DNA of 64,000 nt from Vulcanimicrobiota bacterium. Lineage in GTDB: Bacteria > Vulcanimicrobiota > Vulcanimicrobiia > Vulcanimicrobiales > Vulcanimicrobiaceae. The notes beneath the pieces were generated by a model. The model did not search any database. It was not told the DNA's origin and worked only from the letters and a program-made list of their open reading frames with translations. Of this stretch, positions 9,207 through 19,467 are shown in pieces. The DNA lies in contig CAVZQC010000004.1 in the NCBI GenBank assembly GCA_963777315.1, positions 800,001 to 864,000 on the forward strand, read 5' to 3'. A program made the translations under genes and the position numbers. Position 1 is the stretch's first letter. Each line of letters starts with the position of its first letter.

Positions 9207-9715
9207 AATCGCGCATCCTTAGAAGAAAGAACGGGCTGCCGTCCGTCGAGCGGCCATTCGATCGCCAAAGCCGGATCGTCCCACGCGATTCCGCGCTCGT
9301 GCGCCGGATCGTACGGCGCGGTCTGTTTGTAGAGAACCGTCGCAAAGTCGCTGAGCACGTAGAAACCGTGCGCGAAGCCGGCCGGAATGTACACTTGGCG
9401 GTGATTGTCTTGCGTGAGTTCGACGGCGTCCCAGCGTCCCGCAGTCGGTGAACCGGCGCGCACGTCGGCCACGACGTCGTAAATCGCGCCTTCCAAGCAT
9501 TGCACCAGCTTAGCCATGCGCAGATCGTAGTGCATACCGCGCAGCACGCCTTTTCGCGAACGGGAAACGTTGTCCTGAACGAACGGCTGCGTGATGCCGA
9601 GCGTCTCGTATTTGGCCCGCGCGAACACTTCTTTGAAAAATCCCCGATCGTCCGCATGCACCTGCGGAACGACGACGATCACCTCCGGAAATTTGGTCGC
9701 AAGCGTGGCGAGCAT
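9203..9715 (-). CDS. rfbC: dTDP-4-dehydrorhamnose 3,5-epimerase
   Basis: DDRGFF, QDNVSRS..GVLRGMH, YIPAGFAHGF, WDDP. Confidence 0.95.
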   Translation of the reverse strand: MLATLATKFPEVIVVVPQVHADDRGFFKEVFARAKYETLGITQPFVQDNVSRSRKGVLRGMHYDLRMAKLVQCLEGAIYDVVADVRAGSPTAGRWDAVELTQDNHRQVYIPAGFAHGFYVLSDFATVLYKQTAPYDPAHERGIAWDDPALAIEWPLDGRQPVLSSKDARL

Positions 9716-9728
9716 GCCGGCGCGTTCG

Positions 9729-10850
9729 CTAAAATATCTCAAAATCCGCGTGTGCCGCCGCGTACGCAAGAAGTCCCCCGCGCAAATGGCGGATGCGCGT
9801 GAACCCCGCGTCGCGCAGCAGCTGCGCGGCCCAGAGCGACTTTTGACCGACTCTGCACGCGACGACGTAGCGCTGTGCCGAGTCGAGTTCGTGCATGCGC
9901 GCGGGCAATTGGGAGGCCGGTACGTGAAGCGCTCGATGGGGCACGCCCAGCGCTGCCTCGTGCGGCTCGCGTACGTCCAGCAGCGTTGCATCCCGCAACG
10001 CCGCGTCGAGATCGGATGCTTCCACTTCGTCGACGTCCGTCTGCGCCGGCTCGTCCTCGCAAACCTGGACGTCCGCGATCGCGGGGCGGGTACCGCACAG
10101 AGCGCATGCCGGATCGCGTTCGACCGCGATCTCTCGCACGTGGGCATCCAACGCGTCGACCAGGAGCAGACGTCCGATCAGCGGCTCGCCGATGCGAAGC
10201 ACCAGTTTGAGCGCCTCGGCCGCCTGCAGCGTTCCCACGATGCCGGCAAGAACGCCGAGCACGCCGCCTTCCGCGCAAGTCGGTACGCTTCCGGCGGGCG
10301 GCGCTTGGGGAAACAGACATCGGTAGCACGGGCCGCGATCGCGCCAAAAAACGCTCACCTGGCCGTCGAAGCGGAAGATCGAACCGTAAACGTCGGGCTT
10401 GCCTTCCAGCGCGCACGCGTCGTTGATGAGGTAGCGCGTCGCAAACCGATCCGTGCAGTCGACGACGACGTCGTATAAGCGAACGAGTTCGCGGGCATTG
10501 GCTGCATCCAACCGCACCCCAATCGGATCTGCCGCCACCAGCGGATTGATTTCCATCACGTGCCGAGCTGCCAGCTGCGCTTTCGATTGACCGATTTGCG
10601 CCGTCGTGAAAATGGTCTGACGCTGCAGATTGCTTTCGTCCACGACGTCGTCGTCGACGATGCCGATCCGCCCGACGCCTGCGGCCGCCAAATACTGCAG
10701 AACGGGCGACCCCAGCCCGCCCGCGCCCACGCACAGCACGCGCGAGCCCGACAGGCGCTCCTGCCCCTCCACTCCTACTTCCGGAATGAGCAGATGCCGG
10801 CTGTAGCGGCGCAGTCCGCGCATCAGCGGGGATGCAACGCGTTCAGCCAT
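9729..10850 (-). CDS. moeB: Molybdopterin-synthase adenylyltransferase with rhodanese domain (MoeB/MoeZ)
   Basis: RYSRHL, GAGGLGS, SNLQRQ, CYRC/CALC, rhodanese CRVG. Confidence 0.92.
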   Translation of the reverse strand: MAERVASPLMRGLRRYSRHLLIPEVGVEGQERLSGSRVLCVGAGGLGSPVLQYLAAAGVGRIGIVDDDVVDESNLQRQTIFTTAQIGQSKAQLAARHVMEINPLVAADPIGVRLDAANARELVRLYDVVVDCTDRFATRYLINDACALEGKPDVYGSIFRFDGQVSVFWRDRGPCYRCLFPQAPPAGSVPTCAEGGVLGVLAGIVGTLQAAEALKLVLRIGEPLIGRLLLVDALDAHVREIAVERDPACALCGTRPAIADVQVCEDEPAQTDVDEVEASDLDAALRDATLLDVREPHEAALGVPHRALHVPASQLPARMHELDSAQRYVVACRVGQKSLWAAQLLRDAGFTRIRHLRGGLLAYAAAHADFEIF

Positions 10851-11539
10851 TGCAGCACTTCGCTGCGGGCGTTCTCCCCGGCGCGCGTGTGATCGCTGTG
10901 GATCGCGACAAGCGTTTTGGGTTCGCTCGCATTGCGATACAGTTCTTCGACGCTGCGCGCGCTGACCATCGCATCCCGATCGGCGGCCACGTACAGCTGC
11001 GGACGCCCTGCCAAGCGCGGAAGCGCCTGCGCAAAGCGCTCATCCGCCCCGCGTACTAGATCGGGCAGCGCGAGCCCATCGACGTACGAGGAACGAAAGT
11101 CGACGGCGCCTTTGCCCGCCAGCGCTTGCATCGCACTGGGCCTGCCGTAGCCGGTCGCAATGGCGACGGTGCCCGCGATACTTGGATCGTCGGCTGCCGC
11201 GAAGAGCGCCGCCATCGCGCCCATGCTGTGCCCCATCGTGTATATCGGCCCCTCGGACCGCTCGCGAACGTGCCTTATCGCGGCACGCATGGCATCGAGC
11301 AAATCTTCAACGCCGTTCAAGCGTCCGCCGCTTGCGCCCAGCTTGTGACCGGGAAAGTCCAGGCTGAACACGCCGTAACCGTGCGCGGCTAAAAAACCGC
11401 ACAGAAAATCGAGATTGTGTTTGGAACTGGAGTAACCGTGCCCGGCGACGATCCGCACGTTGCGCGTGCGCCGCGGCTCGTATTCGAGAACGGCAATTTC
11501 GCTGTTCCGGCTGCGGACGCGCAGCAGGTCGACGTTCAC
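10823..11539 (-). CDS. Alpha/beta-fold hydrolase
   Basis: HG oxyanion motif, DFPGH, GHSMG nucleophile, Asp and His triad candidates; GTGA overlap with moaE. Confidence 0.88.
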   Translation of the reverse strand: MNVDLLRVRSRNSEIAVLEYEPRRTRNVRIVAGHGYSSSKHNLDFLCGFLAAHGYGVFSLDFPGHKLGASGGRLNGVEDLLDAMRAAIRHVRERSEGPIYTMGHSMGAMAALFAAADDPSIAGTVAIATGYGRPSAMQALAGKGAVDFRSSYVDGLALPDLVRGADERFAQALPRLAGRPQLYVAADRDAMVSARSVEELYRNASEPKTLVAIHSDHTRAGENARSEVLQWLNALHPR

Positions 11540-11952
11540 GCGTTCGAGATCCACCGGCCGGAGCCGTCGGCGTACCGCTCCTGTTTCCAGATCGGCGCGT
11601 GCGCTTTCAACTCGTCGACGGCGTATCGGCAAACGTCGAACGCGCGTGCGCGATGAACCGCCGCGACGGCAACCGCGACCGCCACTTCTCCGACTTCGAG
11701 ATCGCCGATTCGGTGAACCATCGCGATTTCACATGCTCCGAACCGTTCTCGCGCTCGCGCGGCAATACGCCCGAATTCGTCCACGGCCATCGCTTCGTGC
11801 GCTTCGTACCGCAATCCGTGCACCGCGCGGCCGTCGTCCGAACGTTCCCGAACCACCCCCGTAAAGGTTACGACGGCGCCGCATTCGTCCGTGCGAACCG
11901 AGCGCGCCAAAGCAGCCACGTCGACGGCCTCGGGAACGACTGCGAACTTCAT
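11536..11952 (-). CDS. moaE: Molybdopterin synthase catalytic subunit
   Basis: GAVVTFTGVVR, LRYEAH, HRIG, PIWKQE. Confidence 0.95.
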   Translation of the reverse strand: MKFAVVPEAVDVAALARSVRTDECGAVVTFTGVVRERSDDGRAVHGLRYEAHEAMAVDEFGRIAARARERFGACEIAMVHRIGDLEVGEVAVAVAVAAVHRARAFDVCRYAVDELKAHAPIWKQERYADGSGRWISNA

Positions 11953-12194
11953 CCGCCGCCCACCGGCGGCAGCAACGCCACCTCGTCGCCTTCGCGGAGT
12001 GGTTCGGCGGGCGTTACGATGCGCCCGTTGCGGGCGATGCGCGTGGATTCGCGCAATTCGCGCAGCACGGGAAAACGATCCTCGAGCGCGTCCCAAGCCT
12101 CGCCCGCCGTAGCGTCCTGCCGTAAATCGATATCGGCCGCGGGCGCGCCCAGCACTTCGCGCAGCCGCGCAAAAGCCAGCACGCGCACTCGCAC
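11949..12194 (-). CDS. moaD: Molybdopterin synthase sulfur carrier subunit
   Basis: FARLRE N-term, GDEVALLPPVGGG C-term. Confidence 0.93.
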   Translation of the reverse strand: MRVRVLAFARLREVLGAPAADIDLRQDATAGEAWDALEDRFPVLRELRESTRIARNGRIVTPAEPLREGDEVALLPPVGGG

Positions 12195-12198
12195 GCTG

Positions 12199-12453
12199 CT
12201 AATACCCTGCGAGATCCGCCGAGTAGCCGCGCTCGGCAAGCCACGCGCGCGAATCGTCGTGCATCGGCAGCGAATCGATCCGGTTGCAGATCAATTTGTG
12301 CATCAGCACTTCCCAGAATTCGCGATCCTTCTCGTAGACGTCGTCGGGAACGCGGTTGTGTTCGCGCGTAAACTCGCGCAGCGCTTGCCAGTCGTGCTCG
12401 TGAAGAATGGCCCGCAACTGCGCTTCATACTCAGGCGAGGGCGCGTTTTCCAT
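12199..12453 (-). CDS. Hypothetical 84-aa protein
   Basis: ATG overlaps upstream TAA; protein-like composition, fills the operon gap. Confidence 0.7.
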   Translation of the reverse strand: MENAPSPEYEAQLRAILHEHDWQALREFTREHNRVPDDVYEKDREFWEVLMHKLICNRIDSLPMHDDSRAWLAERGYSADLAGY

Positions 12454-13268
12454 TAGGCCGGTTTCTTGTGAACTCGTGCCGGGCCAAGCGCAAACCGTTC
12501 GATCGCCGCCGCAACGCCGTCTTCGTCGTTCGTTCCGGTCACGTAACGTACCGCCTGCCGTACTTCGGGCAGTGCATTCCCCATCGCTACGCCCATACCC
12601 GACCAGCGCAGCATCGGAACGTCGTTGCGCGAATCCCCTACGGAAAGGACCCGTTCCGAAACGATCTGGAAGTCCGCGCACAAGCGCGCGAGCGCGTGCT
12701 GCTTGGTGGCATCGCGGTTGGTCACCGCGCACTCGGTGAAATCCATCCACGACTCGTGTTTGAAATGCAGCGGCAAATCGCCGAATTCGCGCTCCATCGC
12801 TTGAACCGAATCCGCTCCCAGGAAACGGATGAACGTCGGCGCCGCGCGCATGACGTCGGCGAAGCTCTTGACCTCGCGCCAGGCCGGTCCCCGCATGTCG
12901 TCCATGTAGAGCTTCTCGCCTTCGAGCCGGTAGAACGATTCCTGCGCATACAGCGCTATCGAAAGGCCTTTGCGCTCGGCGAACTCGACCATCGGCTTGG
13001 CGTACTGAAGCGGTACGGGAACGTGCCCCAGCGTCTTATTGGCCAGAAAATCTTTGGTCAGCGCGCCGTGGCAGCAAATGATGGGCAGATTGAGCCCGAG
13101 TTCTTTGCTGATTCGAATGGGCGTGTCGACGCCGCGCCCCGTCACCAGCACGATGCGGATGCCCGCATCCAACGCGCTGCGGATCGCGCGGCGGTTGCGT
13201 GACGAGACCTCCTGCCGCGAGTCGAGCAGCGTTCCATCCAAATCGAGCGCAATCAAGTCGAACCGCAT
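12453..13268 (-). CDS. Cof-type HAD-IIB hydrolase
   Basis: DLDGTL, TGR, K, GDSRND, AMGNA, DGVA. Confidence 0.93.
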   Translation of the reverse strand: MRFDLIALDLDGTLLDSRQEVSSRNRRAIRSALDAGIRIVLVTGRGVDTPIRISKELGLNLPIICCHGALTKDFLANKTLGHVPVPLQYAKPMVEFAERKGLSIALYAQESFYRLEGEKLYMDDMRGPAWREVKSFADVMRAAPTFIRFLGADSVQAMEREFGDLPLHFKHESWMDFTECAVTNRDATKQHALARLCADFQIVSERVLSVGDSRNDVPMLRWSGMGVAMGNALPEVRQAVRYVTGTNDEDGVAAAIERFALGPARVHKKPA

Positions 13269-13358
13269 CGAGTTAATCCTATACCGTCTGTCAATTGAAC
13301 TCTTCGGACCATTGTCCGAGCATGGAGTCGAAAGCCGTTCGAGAAACGTTACCTTTAC

Positions 13359-13748
13359 ATGGAACGTCCCGCGGTTCTGGCAACCGCCTTGGCACTGGCG
13401 CTGGGCGGTTCGGCATCGGCGCAGCCCGGCCGCTGCACGCACGAAACGCTGGTCGTTCGCGGCACGCCGGTCACCGCTGCCTACTGCGTGAGCGCGGCCG
13501 GGAGCGGAACGCCCGGGCGCGACCTGCCGGTTCGCGTGCAAGAGACGTATTCCACCCCGCGAGCCTCCTTCAGTCAAGAGGCCACGCTTCGATTCATCGC
13601 GGGCGAGCAAGCCTCGCGCGTCATCGAAGACGTCGCCTTGAGCCGGCTGGGCATCGAGGGCACGCTTCACCTTACGCTGCTGCTTCATCGCGGCTTGGTG
13701 CACGTCGAGGGCGCCATGCTCACTCCCGGCGCCATCACGATAAAATAG
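13359..13748 (+). CDS. Secreted hypothetical protein
   Basis: Signal peptide ending ASA-Q; one Cys pair. Confidence 0.7.
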   Translation: MERPAVLATALALALGGSASAQPGRCTHETLVVRGTPVTAAYCVSAAGSGTPGRDLPVRVQETYSTPRASFSQEATLRFIAGEQASRVIEDVALSRLGIEGTLHLTLLLHRGLVHVEGAMLTPGAITIK

Positions 13749-13880
13749 GGGCCCAGCCGGCTGTTCTGCAACCCAAGCCCGATTTTGGGTATTCTGAAAC
13801 TCTGATGCGGCGGCGCTACATTGCATTCAACATGTTCAAGATTCCGGACGGCGCTCCACGCCGGCGAATTGAGGCCTTTC

Positions 13881-15317
13881 ATGGCCTGTAAGGCATTCGC
13901 ACCGAATCTCACGGCTCGCGACCACGCGCACTTTCTTTACGACGCGATCCCGCCCGGTCTTTTCAAAGTAGAGACTCAGGACGAGCGAATCGCCTGGCGC
14001 ATCAGTCCCGAGCCGTTTGCGTTGTCCGCCGCCGCACTCGAGCAAATAGAACAAATCGGGCAGGACCTGTTGCGCTTTTATCGCGGCCTCAACGCGCTGT
14101 ACAACCGCAGCGCCCGCGGATCGGCGCCCGGATTCATCGCCGAATATCTGGATCAGGGAAAACCCGAGCACATCGTGCGGCTTGCGCGCCAGCACCGATT
14201 CAAACAAGAGATTCCGGGCGTCATTCGGCCGGATTTGATCCTGACGGAAAATGGTTTCGCCGCAAGCGAGCTCGACAGCGTCCCGGGCGGCATGGGCTTT
14301 TTGGGAGCCATGGCGGAAACGTACTGCAAGCTGGGCATGGAAAGCGTCGGCGGAGCGCACGGCATTCCCGCAGCTTTTGCCCGCATGCTGGCCGCTTTCA
14401 CGGGGAAAAAACATCCCGTCGTAGCCATCGTCGTCTCGGACGAATCCGGCGACTACCGGCCCGAAATGCAGTGGCTGGGCGATGCACTGCGGCGCTTGGA
14501 CTTAGTGACGGCGCACGTGTGCCTACCGCAAGACGTGATGTTTTCCGAAGATGCGCTGTTCGTGCGCTTGGAAGCCGGACGCGAAGAAAAGATCGATGCG
14601 ATCTACCGCAATTTCGAGTTGTTCGACTTGATGAACGTTCCCAAGCAAGAGCTGATGCTGTATGCGGCGCGGCACAACCGCGTGAAGATGACGCCGCCGC
14701 CCAAAGCGCATTTGGAGGAAAAACTCGCATTCGCGCTCTTTCACAATCCGGCACTCGAAAAGCTCTGGCAAGCCGAAATCGGTCAAGACGCCTACGTACG
14801 GCTCAAAGGGCTTTTTCCCCAAACGTGGATCGTCGATCCTCGCCCCATTCCGCCTCAGGCGTTCATCGAGGGCCTGCAAGCCGCCGGAGCGCCGGTGAAC
14901 GGCTGGATGCAGCTGGCGGATCTGGGCAAGAGCGAACGCGATTACGTCATCAAACCATCGGGTTTTTCCGAGCTGGCGTGGGGTTCTCGCGGCGTGCGCG
15001 TCGCCAACGATCTGCCGAAGGAAGAATGGAGCGCGACGATTGCCGAGGCGATGCGCGATTATGCCAAGACGCCGCGCATCCTGCAGCGGTTTCATAAGGG
15101 CAAACGCGTTCGTCAAACGTACTTCGATCGAAAAGCCGAAGAGGTGCGCAGCTTCGAGGGCCGCGTGCGCCTCTGCCCGTATTTTTTCGTGACGGGCGCG
15201 GCCGCAGAAACGGTCGAACTGGGCGGCATTTTGGCCACCGTCGCGCCTGCCGACAAGCGGCTGATCCACGGAATGACGGACGCCGTGATGGCGCCGTGTT
15301 ACGTCAAACCCGCTTGA
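13881..15317 (+). CDS. Uncharacterised ATP-grasp ligase (glutathionylspermidine-synthase-like)
   Basis: RPD..ELD, IYRNFELFD, VIKPSG..WGSRGV, ILQRF motifs; start approximate. Confidence 0.65.
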   Translation: MACKAFAPNLTARDHAHFLYDAIPPGLFKVETQDERIAWRISPEPFALSAAALEQIEQIGQDLLRFYRGLNALYNRSARGSAPGFIAEYLDQGKPEHIVRLARQHRFKQEIPGVIRPDLILTENGFAASELDSVPGGMGFLGAMAETYCKLGMESVGGAHGIPAAFARMLAAFTGKKHPVVAIVVSDESGDYRPEMQWLGDALRRLDLVTAHVCLPQDVMFSEDALFVRLEAGREEKIDAIYRNFELFDLMNVPKQELMLYAARHNRVKMTPPPKAHLEEKLAFALFHNPALEKLWQAEIGQDAYVRLKGLFPQTWIVDPRPIPPQAFIEGLQAAGAPVNGWMQLADLGKSERDYVIKPSGFSELAWGSRGVRVANDLPKEEWSATIAEAMRDYAKTPRILQRFHKGKRVRQTYFDRKAEEVRSFEGRVRLCPYFFVTGAAAETVELGGILATVAPADKRLIHGMTDAVMAPCYVKPA

Positions 15318-15954
15318 CGACCACGCCTTGCGCGGGCACGTCGAGTTCATCGACTATCAGCGTTTTCGGATCGTACCACACCGTTATCTGCGTCATGTTG
15401 TTGAACGATAGCTGCTGATCTCCCGCCGGAACGCCCGCGGGCCTATCCGGTTTGAGCGCGGCGTCGACGGTCAGCGGGAAGCCCTTACCGTACATCGGAA
15501 CGATCGCGATCACCGGCTGTCTGTTCCAGGCTTGGAGCTGCGCCGGCAGCGCGAAAAACCCGCTGAACGGACCGAAGTCGAGCAGTACGAAGTGTTTGGC
15601 ATCGGCCGCCAGATCGTACTTGGCGTTCAGGTCGCCGCTTTGCGTGGCTTGAGAACCGCTGAACGAAACGGTCGACTTCATCGACTTGCTGTCGGCGAGC
15701 GACGCTACGGCCGTGTACTCGCTGGGCGCAAGTGCCGAATCCAGCGTCAGGGTGTCCTGAATCGTTCCGCTCTGACCGTTCATGTTTCCCGAGCCCGATT
15801 CCGACAGCACGATCGTACCGGACGAACCGCGCTTGACCGTGATGGCCGTCTTGGCGATCGGAGAGCCGTTCATCGACGAAACGTAGTCGTACGTTCCGTC
15901 GGGCGGTGCGACGGCCGCAGCGGCAACCATTGAGGAGAGGATCAACGCGAGCAT
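15304..15954 (-). CDS. Secreted hypothetical beta-rich protein
   Basis: AAAGG RBS, short signal peptide MLALILSSMVAAAA. Confidence 0.75.
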   Translation of the reverse strand: MLALILSSMVAAAAVAPPDGTYDYVSSMNGSPIAKTAITVKRGSSGTIVLSESGSGNMNGQSGTIQDTLTLDSALAPSEYTAVASLADSKSMKSTVSFSGSQATQSGDLNAKYDLAADAKHFVLLDFGPFSGFFALPAQLQAWNRQPVIAIVPMYGKGFPLTVDAALKPDRPAGVPAGDQQLSFNNMTQITVWYDPKTLIVDELDVPAQGVVVKRV

Positions 15955-17093
15955 GTAGTGGCCTTTCTGTATCGCTTGACCGTGTCGACGAGAGCGTCGA
16001 TCTCGGCCGCCGTGTTGTAACCGTGCGGAGCAACGCGAACGCCGCCCGGACGATACGTCGTCACGATGCCGTCGCTTGTCAGCGCTTTGCCCAGTTCCAC
16101 CGGATCCGCGCCGGGAAGGGTGAAGGTGACTATTCCCGACGATTGCCCCGCACCACGCCTGGACGCGATATGCGCGCCGGCGCCGGCCAAACCTTCCGTC
16201 AAGCGATCGGTCAATGCCAGAACGTGTGCGGCAATGCGTTCGGTTCCCGCCGACGCCAAAACCGAAATCGACTCGTTCAAAGAGAGCGCGCCGATGAAAT
16301 TGGGAGTCCCGCCTTCGAACCGGGTCGCATCCGCGACCGGGGGCTGATCGTAATTCAAAAAGTTCCACATGTCCTCGACGGACCGCCAGCCCGGCATCGC
16401 AAGTTCCAGCCGTTCGAGCAGCGTCTCGCACACGTACAAAAAACTCACGCCCTGCAGCGCGAGCATCCATTTCGCGCCCCCGCAGTAGAGTGCGTCGATT
16501 CCAATCGCCTGCACGTCGATGGGAAATGCGCCCAGACCTTGGATCGCGTCGACGCAAAATAGCGCGCCGTTCTTGCGGCAAATCTCGGCAAGCGCCTGGA
16601 GATCGTGCCGGTAGCCGTCTTCAAACGACACCCAAGACAGGGTCACGATCTTCGTGCGCGCGTTAATGTGGCGGCGCAGCACGTCGGGCGTCAACCGTTC
16701 TCGCGCCGTTTCGATGTACCGAAGATGAACGTCCCGCTTGCGCAGCGTGCGCCAAGGGTGAGCGTTGGCCGGGAACTCGTTATCCGGCAGAATCAGCTCG
16801 TCGCCGGGGCGCCACGGAAAACCGGCCGCAAGCACGTTGGCGCCGTCGCCGGTGTTTCTGAGCATGGCGATCGTTCCGGGCGGCGCTCCGATGAACCGGG
16901 CTGCGGCCGCGCGATACTCGTCCATTCTACGTTCGTACGCGAACGTCCCGACGACCCCCGCACAGGCGTGCGCGTCGATGAAACCGTGCAGCGCCGCGCG
17001 CGTTTGACGCGGAAGTATGCCGACGGCGGCGTGATTGAGATACGTGAGTTTTTCGCAGACCGCAAAATCCGATCGCACAAGGGGCGTAGTCAA
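15942..17093 (-). CDS. Class V PLP aminotransferase (cysteine desulfurase/lyase-like)
   Basis: YLNHAA, VDAIQ, GAKWML, RFEGGT, RVAPHGYN; TTG overlaps phoU TGA. Confidence 0.9.
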   Translation of the reverse strand: MTTPLVRSDFAVCEKLTYLNHAAVGILPRQTRAALHGFIDAHACAGVVGTFAYERRMDEYRAAAARFIGAPPGTIAMLRNTGDGANVLAAGFPWRPGDELILPDNEFPANAHPWRTLRKRDVHLRYIETARERLTPDVLRRHINARTKIVTLSWVSFEDGYRHDLQALAEICRKNGALFCVDAIQGLGAFPIDVQAIGIDALYCGGAKWMLALQGVSFLYVCETLLERLELAMPGWRSVEDMWNFLNYDQPPVADATRFEGGTPNFIGALSLNESISVLASAGTERIAAHVLALTDRLTEGLAGAGAHIASRRGAGQSSGIVTFTLPGADPVELGKALTSDGIVTTYRPGGVRVAPHGYNTAAEIDALVDTVKRYRKATTCSR

Positions 17094-17725
17094 GTGCGCC
17101 CGATCATCTCCTTGGTATGCCACGCGATGTTGTTTGCGCGATCGCCTACGCGCTCGAGCGCGGCCAGCACGAACAGCATGCGTGTCCCCGCTTTGACGAG
17201 CTCCGGATCGCTTTGCATCTCCTCCTGTAAAGCCTTGACGCCCCGCTTGTACAGCTTGTCCACTTCGTCGTCTTCTTCAATCACGCGCTCGGCGAGGTCG
17301 GCGTCCCGTTCGGTATACGCACGCATGGCATCGAGCAGGATGGCGTGCGCCACTGCGGCAATGCGGTCGATCTCGACCCGCGCCGGACGCAGCGGTACGT
17401 CGGCCAATTTAATTCCGTGCTTTGCGATGTCGACGCCGTAGTCGCCGACGCGTTCGAGATCGGTCGCAATTTCCAGCATCGCGGCAATTTCGCGCAATTC
17501 GCCTGCGACCGGCTGCTGGCGCCAGATGAGTTCGATGCACGACGCTTCGATTTTTCTGCGCAAATCGTCGATGACGTCGTCGCCGGCCACCACGCGCGCG
17601 CCGGCCGCTGAATCCCGCTTTTCCAACGCCTCGACGGCAATGCGGATCGCGTCGCCGACCAGCGCTCCCAGGCGAACGACATCCAAACGCGTGGACTCCA
17701 GTGCCTCGTGATATGCAGTGCGCAC
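17090..17725 (-). CDS. phoU: Phosphate signalling protein PhoU
   Basis: QPVAGELR, DLERVGD, LERVGDRANNI; AGAGGAGG RBS. Confidence 0.95.
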   Translation of the reverse strand: MRTAYHEALESTRLDVVRLGALVGDAIRIAVEALEKRDSAAGARVVAGDDVIDDLRRKIEASCIELIWRQQPVAGELREIAAMLEIATDLERVGDYGVDIAKHGIKLADVPLRPARVEIDRIAAVAHAILLDAMRAYTERDADLAERVIEEDDEVDKLYKRGVKALQEEMQSDPELVKAGTRMLFVLAALERVGDRANNIAWHTKEMIGRT

Positions 17726-17831
17726 GTTGCGAACAGCCTCCTCTTTGTAGGCCTCAGTATAGCGGCAAAGGTTCCGGCGGCGCAATTGGACAACTGAATC
17801 GGCTTTTCGCCCCTTAAGAGAAAGTGCGCTC

Positions 17832-18686
17832 GTGGAGATACGAAAGGTCGGCGTGTGCGGCGCCGGACTGATGGGAAACGGCATCGCGCAGACCTGCGCC
17901 GCTGCACGATTCGACGTGGTTCTCATGGAAGCGGCGGATGCGCCGCTCGAACGCGGAATGCAGACGATCACTAAGTCTCTCGATAAGTTCGTGGAGAAGC
18001 AGAAGCTGGCTTCGACCGAACGCGACGCCATAGTGTCGCGCATCGTACCGACGACGGCGTTGAACGACCTCGCCGGCTGCGACATCGTCATCGAAGCCAT
18101 CGTCGAAAACGTGGAAGCGAAGATCGCGCTCTTTCGAGATCTGGATGCGCTGCTGGCTCCCGAGGCGATCCTTTGCACGAACACCTCGAGCATCTGCGTC
18201 ATCGAACTGGCCGCCAAAACCAAACGGCCGGCCCGCGTTGCCGGTTTGCACTTCTTCAACCCCGTTCCGATTATGAAGCTGGTGGAGGTAGTCCGGACTA
18301 TCGCGACGGCGCAGGACGTCGTCGACACGTTGTTCGAGTTTGCGCGCAAACTGGGCAAAGAACCGATCCTTGCCAAGGACACGACGGGTTTCGTCGTCAA
18401 CCGGCTGCTGGTTCCGTACCTGCTCTACGCGATCAAACTTTACGAGGAGGGGCTGGCAAGCAAAGAAGACATCGACAACGGCATGAAGCTGGGCTGCGGT
18501 TACCCTATGGGCCCGCTCGAATTGCTGGATTTCGTCGGCCTGGATACGACGTATGCGATCGCGCAGATCATGTTCGACGAGTTCAAGGATCCGATGATGG
18601 CGCCGCCTCCGCTGCTGCGGCGCATGGTTCTGGCCGGCCATTACGGGCGCAAGAGCGGAAAGGGTTTCTATGACTACGCACGTTAG
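17832..18686 (+). CDS. hbd: 3-hydroxybutyryl-CoA dehydrogenase
   Basis: GAGLMG, NTSS, GLHFFNP, GFVVNR, PMGPL. Confidence 0.93.
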   Translation: MEIRKVGVCGAGLMGNGIAQTCAAARFDVVLMEAADAPLERGMQTITKSLDKFVEKQKLASTERDAIVSRIVPTTALNDLAGCDIVIEAIVENVEAKIALFRDLDALLAPEAILCTNTSSICVIELAAKTKRPARVAGLHFFNPVPIMKLVEVVRTIATAQDVVDTLFEFARKLGKEPILAKDTTGFVVNRLLVPYLLYAIKLYEEGLASKEDIDNGMKLGCGYPMGPLELLDFVGLDTTYAIAQIMFDEFKDPMMAPPPLLRRMVLAGHYGRKSGKGFYDYAR

Positions 18687-19467
18687 TTCGTTCGAAACGA
18701 TCGAGATCGAACGGGACGGGCTGATGGCGGTCGTTACGCTCAACCGACCGCACGTGCTCAACGCGCTCAGCGCGCAGTTGCTCGAGGAGTTTTCCCAAGC
18801 GCTGTCCGAGCTCGAGCGCAACGCCGACGTTCGGGCGATAATCGTGACGGGGAACGGCAAGGCCTTTGCCGCAGGCGCCGATATCGGCGAACTCAACGCG
18901 TTGTCGGGCCCGCTGCAGGCCGCCGAAAAAGCCCGAACCGGACAGGCCGTAACGCGGCAGATCGAGCTCCTGAGCAAACCCGTCATCGTCGCCGTCAACG
19001 GATTTGCGCTCGGAGGCGGGTGCGAGCTGGCAATGGCCGGCGACATCCTCATCGCTTCGGAGAACGCGCGCTTCGGACAGCCGGAAGTCGGGCTCGGACT
19101 CATGCCCGGGTACGGCGGCTCGCAGCGAATTACGCGGCTGTGCGGTCGCGGCATGGCGATGTTCCTGTGCTTGACCGGCGAAATCGTCGATGCAGGCGAA
19201 GCGCTGCGCATCGGATTGGTGCAAAAGGTCGTGCCGCAAGAGCGGCTGCTGGAAGAAGCGAAAAAGATCGCCCAAGCGATCGTCTCGAAAGCGCCGCTGG
19301 CCATCGCAGCGTGCAAACGCGCGATAGACGCGGGAGCCCACTTGTCGATCTCCGACGCGCTCGCGCTCGAAGCGCTCGAATTCGGCGCGCTGGTCGATAC
19401 GAAGGACTTCAAAGAAGGTACGGGAGCGTTTCTGGAAAAACGCCGGCCCGCTTGGCGCGGCGAATAG
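18670..19467 (+). CDS. crt: Enoyl-CoA hydratase (crotonase)
   Basis: AFAAGADI, ALGGGCE, GQPE, PGYGGSQR. Confidence 0.9.
   Translation: MTTHVSSFETIEIERDGLMAVVTLNRPHVLNALSAQLLEEFSQALSELERNADVRAIIVTGNGKAFAAGADIGELNALSGPLQAAEKARTGQAVTRQIELLSKPVIVAVNGFALGGGCELAMAGDILIASENARFGQPEVGLGLMPGYGGSQRITRLCGRGMAMFLCLTGEIVDAGEALRIGLVQKVVPQERLLEEAKKIAQAIVSKAPLAIAACKRAIDAGAHLSISDALALEALEFGALVDTKDFKEGTGAFLEKRRPAWRGE

Noticed and set aside
13805..13891. Possible 28-aa uORF MRRRYIAF... overlapping the ATP-grasp start, as a precursor peptide
   Set aside because: No RBS, no terminator or recognisable precursor motif; cannot be supported
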